Of a stretch of DNA of 64,000 bases, positions 51,379 to 61,031 are shown in pieces (within the stretch, counting starts at the first letter, position 1; each line of letters begins with the position of its first letter). Made by a program: the position numbers and the translations under genes. Source of the stretch: Alphaproteobacteria bacterium (GTDB lineage: Bacteria; Pseudomonadota; Alphaproteobacteria; Rickettsiales; UBA1997); contig BJGH01000003.1 of assembly GCA_014190355.1 (NCBI GenBank), positions 2,893 to 66,892 of the forward strand, in the 5' to 3' direction. The notes under the pieces are model-generated. The model did no database searches. It saw nothing but the letters and a program-made list of their open reading frames with translations, and had not been told where the DNA came from.

Positions 51379-52479
51379 ATGCAATTTGAAGTTCAAAAAA
51401 ATATCTTGTTAAAGGCACTTGCCGATGTTAATGGTGCAGTTGAAAAAAAGAACACCATTTCTGTTTTACAAAATATCAAAATTGATGCCAAACAAGGCAA
51501 AATCAATCTCTATGCTACCGATATGGATATCCTTGTTCACTCAAGCTTTGATTGTGCAATTATTAAAGAAGGATCAACAACCGTTCCTGCTCAGATGTTC
51601 TTTGATATTGTTCGTAAAATTCCTGAAACTTCAGTTAGCATTATTAAAGAAAGTGAAACAATCCTTCACCTTAAAGCTGGAAAATCAAAATATAATTTAC
51701 CTTGCATTGATGCTAACGAATTCCCTAATCTTAGCGAAGGTGAATTAAGCGAAGAATATGAAATTGATGGTGCAAAATTTTCTAGAATGATTGATAAAAC
51801 TCGTTTCGCTATTTCTAACGATGAAACTCGATACTATCTCAACGGATTATTTGTTCAGGCAATTAAAAATGATGAAACTAGCGAATTAAGATGCGTGGCA
51901 ACTGATGGTCATCGTCTTGCGGTAGCTAATTGTCAAACCCACATAAATCAAAATTTTGGAGTTATAATTCCAAAAAAATCAGTCAACGAAATTCGAAGAA
52001 TCATTGATGGTTGCGAGAAAATAAAAATCCAAGTTTCTCGAGTTAAAATCAAAGTAATCGCAGGAAATTCAGTTCTTGTCTCAAAATTAATTGATGGTGA
52101 ATTCCCTGACTATGAAAAAGTTTTGCCAAAAAATAATCCACATGCCATTAAACTCAGTAAAAAGAATTTTTTTGACTCAATTGATCGCGTTTCAACAGTT
52201 GCTAATGATAAACATCGTTCACTTAAATTAGGTATTGAAACTGGAAAAATTAATCTCCAAGTTAGTACTAATGAAGGGTCATTTGCTCATGAAGAAATCG
52301 ATATTGAATATAACAACGATAAAATCGAAACAGGCTTTAACTCGCGTTATCTTCTTGAAGTAATTGGACAAGTTGACAAAGAAGAACTAACTATTCATTT
52401 TAAAGATGCCTTTTCCCCTGCTCTTGTTGAAGCTAATGAGCTTGGAGCAGTTTATGTAATTATGCCAATTCGAATTTAA
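51379..52479 (+). CDS. dnaN: DNA polymerase III beta sliding clamp
   Basis: MQFEVQKNILLKAL..., ATDGHRLA and a three-domain length of 366 aa. Confidence 0.93.
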   Translation: MQFEVQKNILLKALADVNGAVEKKNTISVLQNIKIDAKQGKINLYATDMDILVHSSFDCAIIKEGSTTVPAQMFFDIVRKIPETSVSIIKESETILHLKAGKSKYNLPCIDANEFPNLSEGELSEEYEIDGAKFSRMIDKTRFAISNDETRYYLNGLFVQAIKNDETSELRCVATDGHRLAVANCQTHINQNFGVIIPKKSVNEIRRIIDGCEKIKIQVSRVKIKVIAGNSVLVSKLIDGEFPDYEKVLPKNNPHAIKLSKKNFFDSIDRVSTVANDKHRSLKLGIETGKINLQVSTNEGSFAHEEIDIEYNNDKIETGFNSRYLLEVIGQVDKEELTIHFKDAFSPALVEANELGAVYVIMPIRI

Positions 52480-52488
52480 TCAACCAAA

Positions 52489-53601
52489 TTGTTAAACCAC
52501 CCTTCTGTAAACAAACTGGTTCTTAAAAATTTTCGAAACTTTGAAACTCAGAAGTTGATATTTGATCAATCAATAATTTTATTTACTGGAAAAAATGGTT
52601 CAGGCAAAACTAATTTATTAGAAAGCTTAAGTCTTCTTGGAAGAGGTCAGAGCCTTAGAAATGCTGAATTTGAAGAAATGCTCAATAATCAGAGTCAGCA
52701 ATTCACGATTTTTGCCGAACTTAGCAATAATGATTATATCGAAAATATTGCCATTAGTTTTGAACAAAACACCAAGAAAAAAAATCTCGAAATTAACGGA
52801 CAAACCCTATCAAATAAAAGACAAGATTTAAAAAATTATCTACCAAATTTTATTTTTTTAACTCCTGCTCTTGAGCAATTATTCATCTCTGGTAAATCAA
52901 ATCGTAGAGACTATCTTGATCGAATTGTTAGTGATATTGATCTACTTCACCAAACAAGACTCAATGATTATCAAAAACTTCTCAAAGAGCGTTTAGCAAT
53001 TCTGCAAAAATATCAACTACAAAACTCAGCAAATAAATGGCTGGAGGCAATTGAAGCTAAAATTGTTGAAAGCGGAATTGCCATAGCTTCAGCTCGAATT
53101 GAAGCGTTGGAGTTTTTTAATCGAGCAATCAAAACTTTCAACTCAAACTTTCCTCAAACAACTCTTCGAGTAGTTGGTGAAATTGAAAATATTGTTATGA
53201 AACAAAGTTCTTTACAAATAGAAAATTTTTACCATCAAAAACTAGTTGAAAATCGTCAAATTGACCTACAAAGTTTTAAAACTAATTTTGGAATACATCG
53301 CGGTGATTTTTTAGCAATCTTTGATAAAAAAAATATTTGTGCAACTAAATCATCAACAGGCGAACAAAAGACCATAATGACTGCAATTACTATTGCTCGA
53401 GCCAAAATCTCTGCCCAATACCGTAACCAATCAACTATCTTAATTTTCGATGAAATAGTTTCTCATCTTGACGATAAAAGAAAAGTTGATTTACTTGAAG
53501 AAATTAAAGATACTGGTTTGCAAAGTTTTTTTAGTGCAACTGATCTAGAACTTATTCCTGAAACTTTTAAAACAAAGCTATTGGCAATAAATATTACTTA
53601 A
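52489..53601 (+). CDS. recF: DNA replication and repair protein RecF
   Basis: TTG start. LVLKNFRNF...FTGKNGSGKTNLLESL, with signature-like SSTGEQKT and ILIFDEI. Confidence 0.88.
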   Translation: MLNHPSVNKLVLKNFRNFETQKLIFDQSIILFTGKNGSGKTNLLESLSLLGRGQSLRNAEFEEMLNNQSQQFTIFAELSNNDYIENIAISFEQNTKKKNLEINGQTLSNKRQDLKNYLPNFIFLTPALEQLFISGKSNRRDYLDRIVSDIDLLHQTRLNDYQKLLKERLAILQKYQLQNSANKWLEAIEAKIVESGIAIASARIEALEFFNRAIKTFNSNFPQTTLRVVGEIENIVMKQSSLQIENFYHQKLVENRQIDLQSFKTNFGIHRGDFLAIFDKKNICATKSSTGEQKTIMTAITIARAKISAQYRNQSTILIFDEIVSHLDDKRKVDLLEEIKDTGLQSFFSATDLELIPETFKTKLLAINIT

Positions 53602-53608
53602 GCAAGTT

Positions 53609-54508
53609 ATGAAAAAAATTTTAGTTATCGGAAGCGGAGCGATTGGTTGTTTCTTCGCCTCAAAAATTGCCAAAGAGACCGATCTAACCATGTTGTGGCG
53701 TAATGATTATCAGCATGTTATTGATCATGGCATTAAAATTATAAGCGATAAAAGTGAAACGGTTTTTTTTCCCAAAATCATTAATAATCTTAAACAGTAT
53801 CAAGAACAATGCGATTATGCAATAATTGCTACCAAAGTCTTGCCTTCAATAAATTTAATTGAAATTATCAAAGAACTTAAATATCTTCCCAAAAATATTG
53901 TGCTAATCCAAAATGGTATTCATATTGAAAAAGAAATTTACAAAAATTTTCCACAATGTTCATTGATTAGTGCTTTGGCTTTTATTGCTGTAAGTAAAGT
54001 TTCATGCGGTATTTTTGAGCATTTTGCTTATGGCAGATTAACTTTAGGCAATTTTCCAACAGGTCTTAACCAAGATTGTCTTGATTTAATTACTTTATTT
54101 AAAACTAATAATATTGAAGCAAAAGCTAGTGAAAAAATTGAAGAAGATCGCTGGAAAAAATTAATTTGGAATGCTTCTTTTAATCCAATTTCAGTTTTAA
54201 CAGGTGGAAGTGATACCAAAAAACTATTAGATAATAAAAATTGTAAAGAATTGTTGCAAAAAATTATGAAAGAAATTATAGAATTATCTTGTCAAGATGG
54301 CTATAATCTTAACAGTGATTTAATCAATAAAAATATTGAGGATACTTTACAAATGCGTCCATATAAAACAAGCATGCTTTTAGATTTTGAAGCACACAGA
54401 CCAATGGAAGTTGAGGCAATCGTTGGTAATGCCTTAAATTTTGCCAAAAGTAAATCAATTCCAACCCCATATCTTTCAACGATTTATGCCCTACTTTCTT
54501 GTTATTAA
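53609..54508 (+). CDS. panE: 2-dehydropantoate 2-reductase (ketopantoate reductase) family
   Basis: KILVIGSGAIGCFFA, RWKKLIWNASFNPISVLTG, TSMLLDFEAHRPMEVEAIVGN. Confidence 0.75.
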   Translation: MKKILVIGSGAIGCFFASKIAKETDLTMLWRNDYQHVIDHGIKIISDKSETVFFPKIINNLKQYQEQCDYAIIATKVLPSINLIEIIKELKYLPKNIVLIQNGIHIEKEIYKNFPQCSLISALAFIAVSKVSCGIFEHFAYGRLTLGNFPTGLNQDCLDLITLFKTNNIEAKASEKIEEDRWKKLIWNASFNPISVLTGGSDTKKLLDNKNCKELLQKIMKEIIELSCQDGYNLNSDLINKNIEDTLQMRPYKTSMLLDFEAHRPMEVEAIVGNALNFAKSKSIPTPYLSTIYALLSCY

Positions 54509-56084
54509 ATTTTTATTAATTTTCAGCTTGGTCTTTAATATTGGTCTTTCCAAAGCCATAGCTCAAGATGCTGTGCCAAATAATATAGCAAATAATTCCA
54601 AAAATCCTCCTAATTTAAAACAGGCTAGTCCAATTTTAAAAAACGAATCTTCTTCAAAATCATCATCACCAATTGCTAACCCTGCGATTAAAAGTCCCGC
54701 AATTCCATCAAAAATAGTAAGTCCTACTAATCCGGCTTCTTCCTCAAGCCCTAAATCGATTCCAAATGCAAATGCAAATCCTAATCCTAGCTCTAATAAC
54801 AACCCTAACCCTAACCCCAACCCCAACCCTAACCCCAACCCAAATCCCAACCCAAATCCTAATTCCAATAACAATGTTTCAAATAATCAGCCATCTAATA
54901 ACAATCCCTTTAAAACTCAAGGAGCTGTGAGTAATCCATCACCAAATAACAATTCAAGCAATCCCTCTGCAACCCAAGCTAATCCTGCTTCTACTAATCC
55001 CAATTCAACTACTAACAATAACCCTAACAACCCAAATCCAACTTCAAATCAAACAACACCAACAGAAAATAAAACAAATACTAATAATCAGCAAGATTTA
55101 ACAACTAACAATAACTCTTCAGCAAATACAGTTGAAAACAATAAACCAAAAATTGCCAATAAAAAAACAAGAAAAAAAATTAAAAAAACTGATGTTAAAC
55201 CTTCTAACAAAACAAAAGTAAAAGAAGCAATTAAAATAAAGGTCGAAGAAGTTTCTAAGAAAAATTTTATTACCGAATCTGGAAGAAATATTTCAAGTGA
55301 TTATTTTTTGCAAATAATACCCAAAAAAAGCTGTGATAGCCTAACTAATACTGAATGTTTTCGTCGCGATCGTAAAAATGAAGAGCCTTATTTTCATAAA
55401 ACTCAAATTTCAATCTTTAACAACCGAATTGTTGCAGAGCAGTTCTTCAACCCTAGCAACCATAGTAAAAGAATTTTTTTAAAAGTTAACAACGGTGATT
55501 ACCAATTAAAAACCACTAACGATAACTTAATATCATTTAATGTAAATAATGGCTTAGTGCATGATTTAATCCTTGTTTCTGGTAATCTTAATCGTGAAGA
55601 GATTATGACTTCTAAATGCCAACTTTCTGAGAAATATTATGGTTATTTTTTGGCATATAATCAACATCCCAAAATCAGCGAAACTAGTTATTTTAGCAAT
55701 AAAAATAATTTTGAAGGAATAAAAAATTTAGTGTTATTTAGCAATATTGAAAATATTGATGAGTTAACATTACAAGATATCATGGCTGTTGAGGTTCACT
55801 CCTACAATAATATATCTGCGGTAGACAATTTAAACCTTTGTAAAAGACCCAATAGTGATATTTTAGATGTTCGTCCAGTTAGCAAAATGGAGTGCCGTAA
55901 GCGTCAAGAATGCCTCATACTTCTTAACAGTAATCCTGATTTTAAAGATAAAATTGTTGATGAATCTTGTTTAGGTTATTTTGATAGTAAAAGAGATGAT
56001 TTTGTTTCATGTTCTCAACAAAATGATTGTGAGGATTATGCAATTATCAAAAATTGCGAAGTAAAACTTGTAGCTGGTGAATAA
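54486..56084 (+). CDS. Secreted protein with a long Ser/Pro/Asn low-complexity region including an (NP)10 repeat and a Cys-containing C-terminal domain
   Basis: A signal-peptide-like start at the ATG at 54486 (MPYFLVIKFLLIFSLVFNIGLSKAIAQ) overlaps the panE end by 23 nt. No family recognised. Confidence 0.55.
   Translation: MPYFLVIKFLLIFSLVFNIGLSKAIAQDAVPNNIANNSKNPPNLKQASPILKNESSSKSSSPIANPAIKSPAIPSKIVSPTNPASSSSPKSIPNANANPNPSSNNNPNPNPNPNPNPNPNPNPNPNSNNNVSNNQPSNNNPFKTQGAVSNPSPNNNSSNPSATQANPASTNPNSTTNNNPNNPNPTSNQTTPTENKTNTNNQQDLTTNNNSSANTVENNKPKIANKKTRKKIKKTDVKPSNKTKVKEAIKIKVEEVSKKNFITESGRNISSDYFLQIIPKKSCDSLTNTECFRRDRKNEEPYFHKTQISIFNNRIVAEQFFNPSNHSKRIFLKVNNGDYQLKTTNDNLISFNVNNGLVHDLILVSGNLNREEIMTSKCQLSEKYYGYFLAYNQHPKISETSYFSNKNNFEGIKNLVLFSNIENIDELTLQDIMAVEVHSYNNISAVDNLNLCKRPNSDILDVRPVSKMECRKRQECLILLNSNPDFKDKIVDESCLGYFDSKRDDFVSCSQQNDCEDYAIIKNCEVKLVAGE
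54801..54863 (+). repeat. Imperfect in-frame hexanucleotide repeat (AAYCCN)x10 encoding (Asn-Pro)10
   Basis: aaccctaaccctaaccccaaccccaaccctaaccccaacccaaatcccaacccaaatcct, in frame with the CDS. Confidence 0.9.
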
Positions 56085-56539
56085 TGACATTTTCTCTCAA
56101 AATGCCAAATTAAAAATTAGCAAGCCTTAAAGAGTAATTCAAATTTAATTCATCATAATTAGAAATGCTCTATTTTTTAATTTTTATCCTTTCAAATTCT
56201 TCTTTAATCTAATAATTATTCCGCATCGGACCAGCATCTTCTAGTTGACAAGATTTTTCTTTTATGAAGGAATAAAAAATTATTTTTTAAAATATTAAAA
56301 ACAGATTTAAGATATTAATTTTCAAGAGGAATTTATTTATAAATTTATTTTAAAAAAATCTGTTGACTTTTGAGACAATTATAAAAAGATAGAAGTTAAG
56401 AAAAGTTATTTTAAGTTTTTTTTATTAATTAAGATAATTAATTTTTTAAAAAATTAATTTAATTTTTAAATTTATAAAACTAGCTTTTATATCTGATACG
56501 CTTGACTTAATGAGATTTATCAATTTTTTATAACTGTAT

Positions 56540-57217
56540 ATGGCAAAAAATCCTACAATAATCAATTTTTTTGATAAAATTTTTAACAATATTTTGAGCA
56601 AATTTCTAGAAAATAAAATCTGCGAAACCAACACTTTTAGCAACACTTCTAATTCTCAACAGAACAATAAAAATAACACCAATATAGATAATTCTAACTT
56701 TAACCCAATTAATATTGGCATTATTAGTCAAAACTATGACTTTGATAAAAATCTTAAAAAATTGCAACTTCTTCTTAAAGTCATTTGCTTATGTTCTTTT
56801 ATACCTTATGCAATCTTTGGAATGTTTTTCATCAATAAAAGCTTAATTTTTATTCCTTGCCTTGTTATGGCTACTGTTAGTGTTTTGTTAACCATGTATG
56901 CATCTATTAAAATCCAATTCTGCGAAGAAAATTTTAAAAATAAACTCTTTAACAAATTTGAAACTCTCAATAAATTCTTGTCACTTAACCAAAATAAATT
57001 ATCAAAACTTGAAGGTTATGAAATGGTAGAAGAACTTGCTAAAGATAATTTTAAAGATTTTCTGTCAAGCGATTTGATTACTTCAACGCTAATTCAGCCT
57101 GAAAATAAAAACTTATCTTCGCCAGCCCTTGATTTTGAAGTTATTGATGTCGATCATAAAAACCCAACAAATTTTGATAAAAATGTTAACGAATTACAAA
57201 CAGCAAATCTCAAGTAG
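56540..57217 (+). CDS. Hypothetical membrane protein with a bilobed (two-TM hairpin) hydrophobic domain
   Basis: An Asn-rich N-terminus is followed by VICLCSFIPYAIFGMFFI-NKS-LIFIPCLVMATVSVLLTMYASI and a predicted helical C-terminus. Confidence 0.5.
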   Translation: MAKNPTIINFFDKIFNNILSKFLENKICETNTFSNTSNSQQNNKNNTNIDNSNFNPINIGIISQNYDFDKNLKKLQLLLKVICLCSFIPYAIFGMFFINKSLIFIPCLVMATVSVLLTMYASIKIQFCEENFKNKLFNKFETLNKFLSLNQNKLSKLEGYEMVEELAKDNFKDFLSSDLITSTLIQPENKNLSSPALDFEVIDVDHKNPTNFDKNVNELQTANLK

Positions 57218-57245
57218 TTTTTTGTTAAATTAGCTAAAATTAACT

Positions 57246-58985
57246 TTAAAATTTTGTAATAAATGGTTGACAAATCTTGACTAAATCAGTTCGAGATTGA
57301 TCATCTAACATGTGACAATAGTTATCCATAATCGTTTGGTGATAATGGCCTAGCCATTTTTTTTCAGGATAAGTCAGCATTTTAAAATCGACTAATTCTG
57401 GCTCAAAAGGAGCAAAGCTTAAAGTTTCAAATCCCAAAAAATTATCACTAACTTCAACAACTCTTTGTAGGTTTTCTAAACGAATTCCATATTTATTAGC
57501 CAAATAAAATCCTGGTTCATTTGACAAAACCATATTTGGTAATAATGGACAATTATTCCTTGAGCTAATTGCACATGGTCCTTCATGAACCCCTAAAAAA
57601 GCTCCAACTCCATGACCAGTTCCATGCTGATAATCAAGATTAAATTGCCACAAATAAAATCTGGCCAAGCTATCAAGATTGAGACCCGCAAGTCCTTTGG
57701 GGAATTTAACTCGAGCTAAAGCCAGATGACCTTTTAAAACTAAAGTATAATATTTAATCATTTCATCATCAACCTTTCCAACTAACAATGTTCTGGTAAT
57801 ATCAGTTGTTCCCATAAAATCATGACCAAAATATTGTCCACCTGAATCAATTAAGTAAAGGGAATTCCCTTCTATCTTTTTTTGGCAAGACTCAACGGCA
57901 TGGTAATGGATAATCGCTGAATTACTTGCAAAACCTGAAATCGTAGCAAAACTTTCACTAAAAAAACCGTTATTTTCCTTACGAAATTCCAATAATTTTT
58001 TTTGAGCTTCAATCTCGCTAATTGCTTGCTGATTAACTATTTTTTTAAACCATAAAATAAATTTCACTAGAGCAAGCCCATCGAGATAATGAGCTTTTTT
58101 TATTCCAGCAATTTCTGCATTATTTTTAACTGCTTTAGCTAACTGGATTGGGGAATGGTGATCATTAATTATAAAATTATTTTTTTGCAATAAGTTAAAA
58201 ATAAAATAATTAGTTGAGCTAAAGTCAATATCAATACTGTTAAGACTTTTACGAATAATTTTGAAACGCAAATCTAAACAATTTTCCGCAACGCAGTTGA
58301 TTTTTTCAATATTTAGGCCTTTAATTTTTTTTTCATCGATAAATAAATCAACCGATAAGTCTTTGTAAAGAATAGCATATTTTAATAACAAAGGTGAATA
58401 TTCAAGATCTTTTGCTCTAATATTTAGTAACCAACATAAATCATCAGATCTTGTGATAAGTAGTGCATCACCAATAATTTTAGAGAGGATTAGTTTTCTT
58501 TTGTTAATTGATGTCATGCCACTCAGGGTGTCACTTAAAGAAAAAATCCTGCTATTAATTGATAATGGTCGATCTTGCCATAATTCATCAATAAAAATTT
58601 CTTCAATAAATTTTACATTTTTGTTAGGTATTTTTTCCAATTGGCTAACAAATTTAATTGAGCTTAACTTACTAAAAATGGCAATTTTTTGTTGACCAAG
58701 ATTTGATTTAAGCCAAGCTATAACACTAATTTGAGCAATATCAATAATCTCATACTCTTCAAGATCTAATTGTTTTTGAGCTTGCAAAAGATATCTTCCA
58801 TCAGTAAAAAAATAGCTCTTGCTAACACCAAAAATAACTTCGGCATTTGATCCGCTAAAACCAGTAATAGCTTGGATTCGCTGTTGATTTTGCGGAAGAT
58901 ATTCGTTAAAAAATTCATCTGTATTTGTTAAATACAAAAAATCAATTTTTTGTTTACTAAGATAGCTTTTAATATGTTTGAGCAT
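57246..58985 (-). CDS. pepP: Xaa-Pro aminopeptidase (M24B, long three-domain form)
   Basis: HGTGHGVGAFLGVHEGP, SNEPGFY and IRLENL. Confidence 0.85.
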   Translation of the reverse strand: MLKHIKSYLSKQKIDFLYLTNTDEFFNEYLPQNQQRIQAITGFSGSNAEVIFGVSKSYFFTDGRYLLQAQKQLDLEEYEIIDIAQISVIAWLKSNLGQQKIAIFSKLSSIKFVSQLEKIPNKNVKFIEEIFIDELWQDRPLSINSRIFSLSDTLSGMTSINKRKLILSKIIGDALLITRSDDLCWLLNIRAKDLEYSPLLLKYAILYKDLSVDLFIDEKKIKGLNIEKINCVAENCLDLRFKIIRKSLNSIDIDFSSTNYFIFNLLQKNNFIINDHHSPIQLAKAVKNNAEIAGIKKAHYLDGLALVKFILWFKKIVNQQAISEIEAQKKLLEFRKENNGFFSESFATISGFASNSAIIHYHAVESCQKKIEGNSLYLIDSGGQYFGHDFMGTTDITRTLLVGKVDDEMIKYYTLVLKGHLALARVKFPKGLAGLNLDSLARFYLWQFNLDYQHGTGHGVGAFLGVHEGPCAISSRNNCPLLPNMVLSNEPGFYLANKYGIRLENLQRVVEVSDNFLGFETLSFAPFEPELVDFKMLTYPEKKWLGHYHQTIMDNYCHMLDDQSRTDLVKICQPFITKF

Positions 58986-59114
58986 AATTATTATTTACAA
59001 CCGAAAAATTAAACTTAAATTTGTTAAATACAAAAAATCAATTTTTTGTTTACTAAGATAGCTTTTAATATGTTTGAGCATAATTATTATTTACAACCGA
59101 AAAATTAAACTTAA
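58923..59114. repeat. Perfect 2 x 96 bp tandem duplication covering the first 21 codons of pepP plus 33 bp of its 5' flank
   Basis: 58923-59018 is identical to 59019-59114, by base-by-base comparison. Confidence 0.95.
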
Positions 59115-59317
59115 AATTGTTTCTTTAAATCTTTTTTCAAGTCTTTTATTAAAGACATAGACCTTTAAATATCTTTGGTTTTATTTCTATTAATATCTTA
59201 AAATGCTAGAAAAAACCGTAAAATGGAAAATCCTTAGAAATAACTTGAAAACTAACTAAATATTCTTGGATAAGAATATTTGATAATTAAATCATTTAGC
59301 AATAATTATTTTTAAAA

Positions 59318-60751
59318 ATGGCTAATAAAAAAACTGCATATTCTTGTCAATCCTGTGGATCAATTCATTTTAAATGGGCTGGAAGATGTCCAGATTGTGG
59401 AGCATGGAATAGTATGGTTGAAGAATTTTCTGAAGGAGGAAATTCACATTTTTCCAGACTTGGTGATGACAAAACTTCCAAAAACAACACTACCAAAAAC
59501 ACCAAGAAAGCTGATCTAGTTAGTCTTAATGGTGATGCCAAAGATTTTCCTCGCGTTAAAACTAATCTTGGTGAACTTGATCGCGTTTTAGGAGGAGGAT
59601 TGGTTCAAGGTTCAGTTATTTTAATTGGTGGAGACCCTGGTATTGGTAAATCAACGCTCTTACTTCAAACTGCAGAAAATCTTTCTAAAAACAATAACAC
59701 GATTATTTATATTTCTGGAGAAGAATCAATTGATCAAGTTCGTTTAAGAGCCAAAAGACTTGGCCGAATGACTGATAACATTAAACTTGCCTCAAATACC
59801 AATATTAGCGAAATAATCAATGCCATAAATGACGAGGTTAAAAGCAATCAATCTCGACCAAGCATTGTTATTATTGACTCAATCCAAACAATGTTTGTTG
59901 AAGAACTTTCTTCGGCTCCAGGAACGGTATCACAGGTTAGAGCTTGCGCAGGAGAATTAACAATTTTTGCAAAAAAAAATAATATTACTTTATTGATAGT
60001 TAGTCATGTAACCAAAGATGGGCAAATTGCTGGACCAAAAGTTTTAGAACACATGGTTGATACTGTTCTTTATTTTGAAGGTGAAAAAGATTTACAATTT
60101 CGTATTTTGCGCTCGATTAAAAACCGTTTTGGTGGGGCAAATGAAATTGGTGTTTTTGAAATGAATGAAATTGGCTTATCAGAAGTTTTAAATCCTAGCG
60201 AATTATTCCTTACTTCCTATGATCGTGATACAAGTGGAACAGCAGTTTTTGCAGGAATTGAAGGCAGTAGAGCAATTTTAGCAGAAGTTCAAGCTTTGGT
60301 TGCTCCATCTTTTATTCCAACTCCAAGAAGAGCAGTGGTTGGTTGGGATTTAAATCGCTTAGCAATGATTATTGCAGTATTAAATAATCGTTTTGGATTA
60401 AATCTCTTTGACAAAGAAGTTTATCTCAACATCGTTGGAGGACTAAAAATTATTGAAACATCCGCAGATTTAGCGGTAGCATGTGCATTAATTTCATCAG
60501 CTCGTGATATTGCCCTACCCTCGTCAACTATTGCTGTAGGTGAAATTGGCTTAACCGGAGAAATCAGAATGGTGGGCAATCTTGAAGGAAGACTTAAAGA
60601 AGCTCATAAACTCGGCTTTAAAAATTGTCTAATACCAAAAGCTAATGAGAAAAATAAAAACTTCGCAAATCTAAGAAAATCTCTTCCAGAATTAAATATA
60701 AATTTTGTTTCCCATGTTCGCGATCTAGCAAAATTCTTACGCAAAAATTAA
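59318..60751 (+). CDS. radA: DNA repair protein RadA (Sms)
   Basis: Zinc finger CQSCGS...CPDCGAWNS, Walker A motif GGDPGIGKSTLLLQ, the KNRFG motif, and a Lon-like C-terminus. Confidence 0.95.
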   Translation: MANKKTAYSCQSCGSIHFKWAGRCPDCGAWNSMVEEFSEGGNSHFSRLGDDKTSKNNTTKNTKKADLVSLNGDAKDFPRVKTNLGELDRVLGGGLVQGSVILIGGDPGIGKSTLLLQTAENLSKNNNTIIYISGEESIDQVRLRAKRLGRMTDNIKLASNTNISEIINAINDEVKSNQSRPSIVIIDSIQTMFVEELSSAPGTVSQVRACAGELTIFAKKNNITLLIVSHVTKDGQIAGPKVLEHMVDTVLYFEGEKDLQFRILRSIKNRFGGANEIGVFEMNEIGLSEVLNPSELFLTSYDRDTSGTAVFAGIEGSRAILAEVQALVAPSFIPTPRRAVVGWDLNRLAMIIAVLNNRFGLNLFDKEVYLNIVGGLKIIETSADLAVACALISSARDIALPSSTIAVGEIGLTGEIRMVGNLEGRLKEAHKLGFKNCLIPKANEKNKNFANLRKSLPELNINFVSHVRDLAKFLRKN

Positions 60752-61031
60752 TTACTAAAACATCTCTTTTTAAAGAATAAAAAAATTACTAATCATGACT
60801 TGTTTAAAAGATTTAGATAAAAATTTAATTTATTAAATCACTAAAATATTATAGCATTTTCATAAAAAAATAACAAATTAAGAGAAATATTTTTAAGATA
60901 AAAATCTTTAAAAAACCAAGCCTTATATCCATAAAGCTAAAACTTTTCTATGATTTTTAAGTAAAAAAAATGAAACTTAATTTGCTATTCACAAATGACG
61001 CATTTTATAAAAACATTAGATCAATTATTAT

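Noticed and set aside
54801-54863. CCCTAA-like repeats (aaccctaaccctaacccc...) that resemble the complement of eukaryotic telomere repeats.
   Set aside because: They lie in frame inside a long bacterial ORF and encode (Asn-Pro)n. The repeat is imperfect at third codon positions, which is the pattern expected for a coding low-complexity repeat. It is not telomeric or contaminant DNA.
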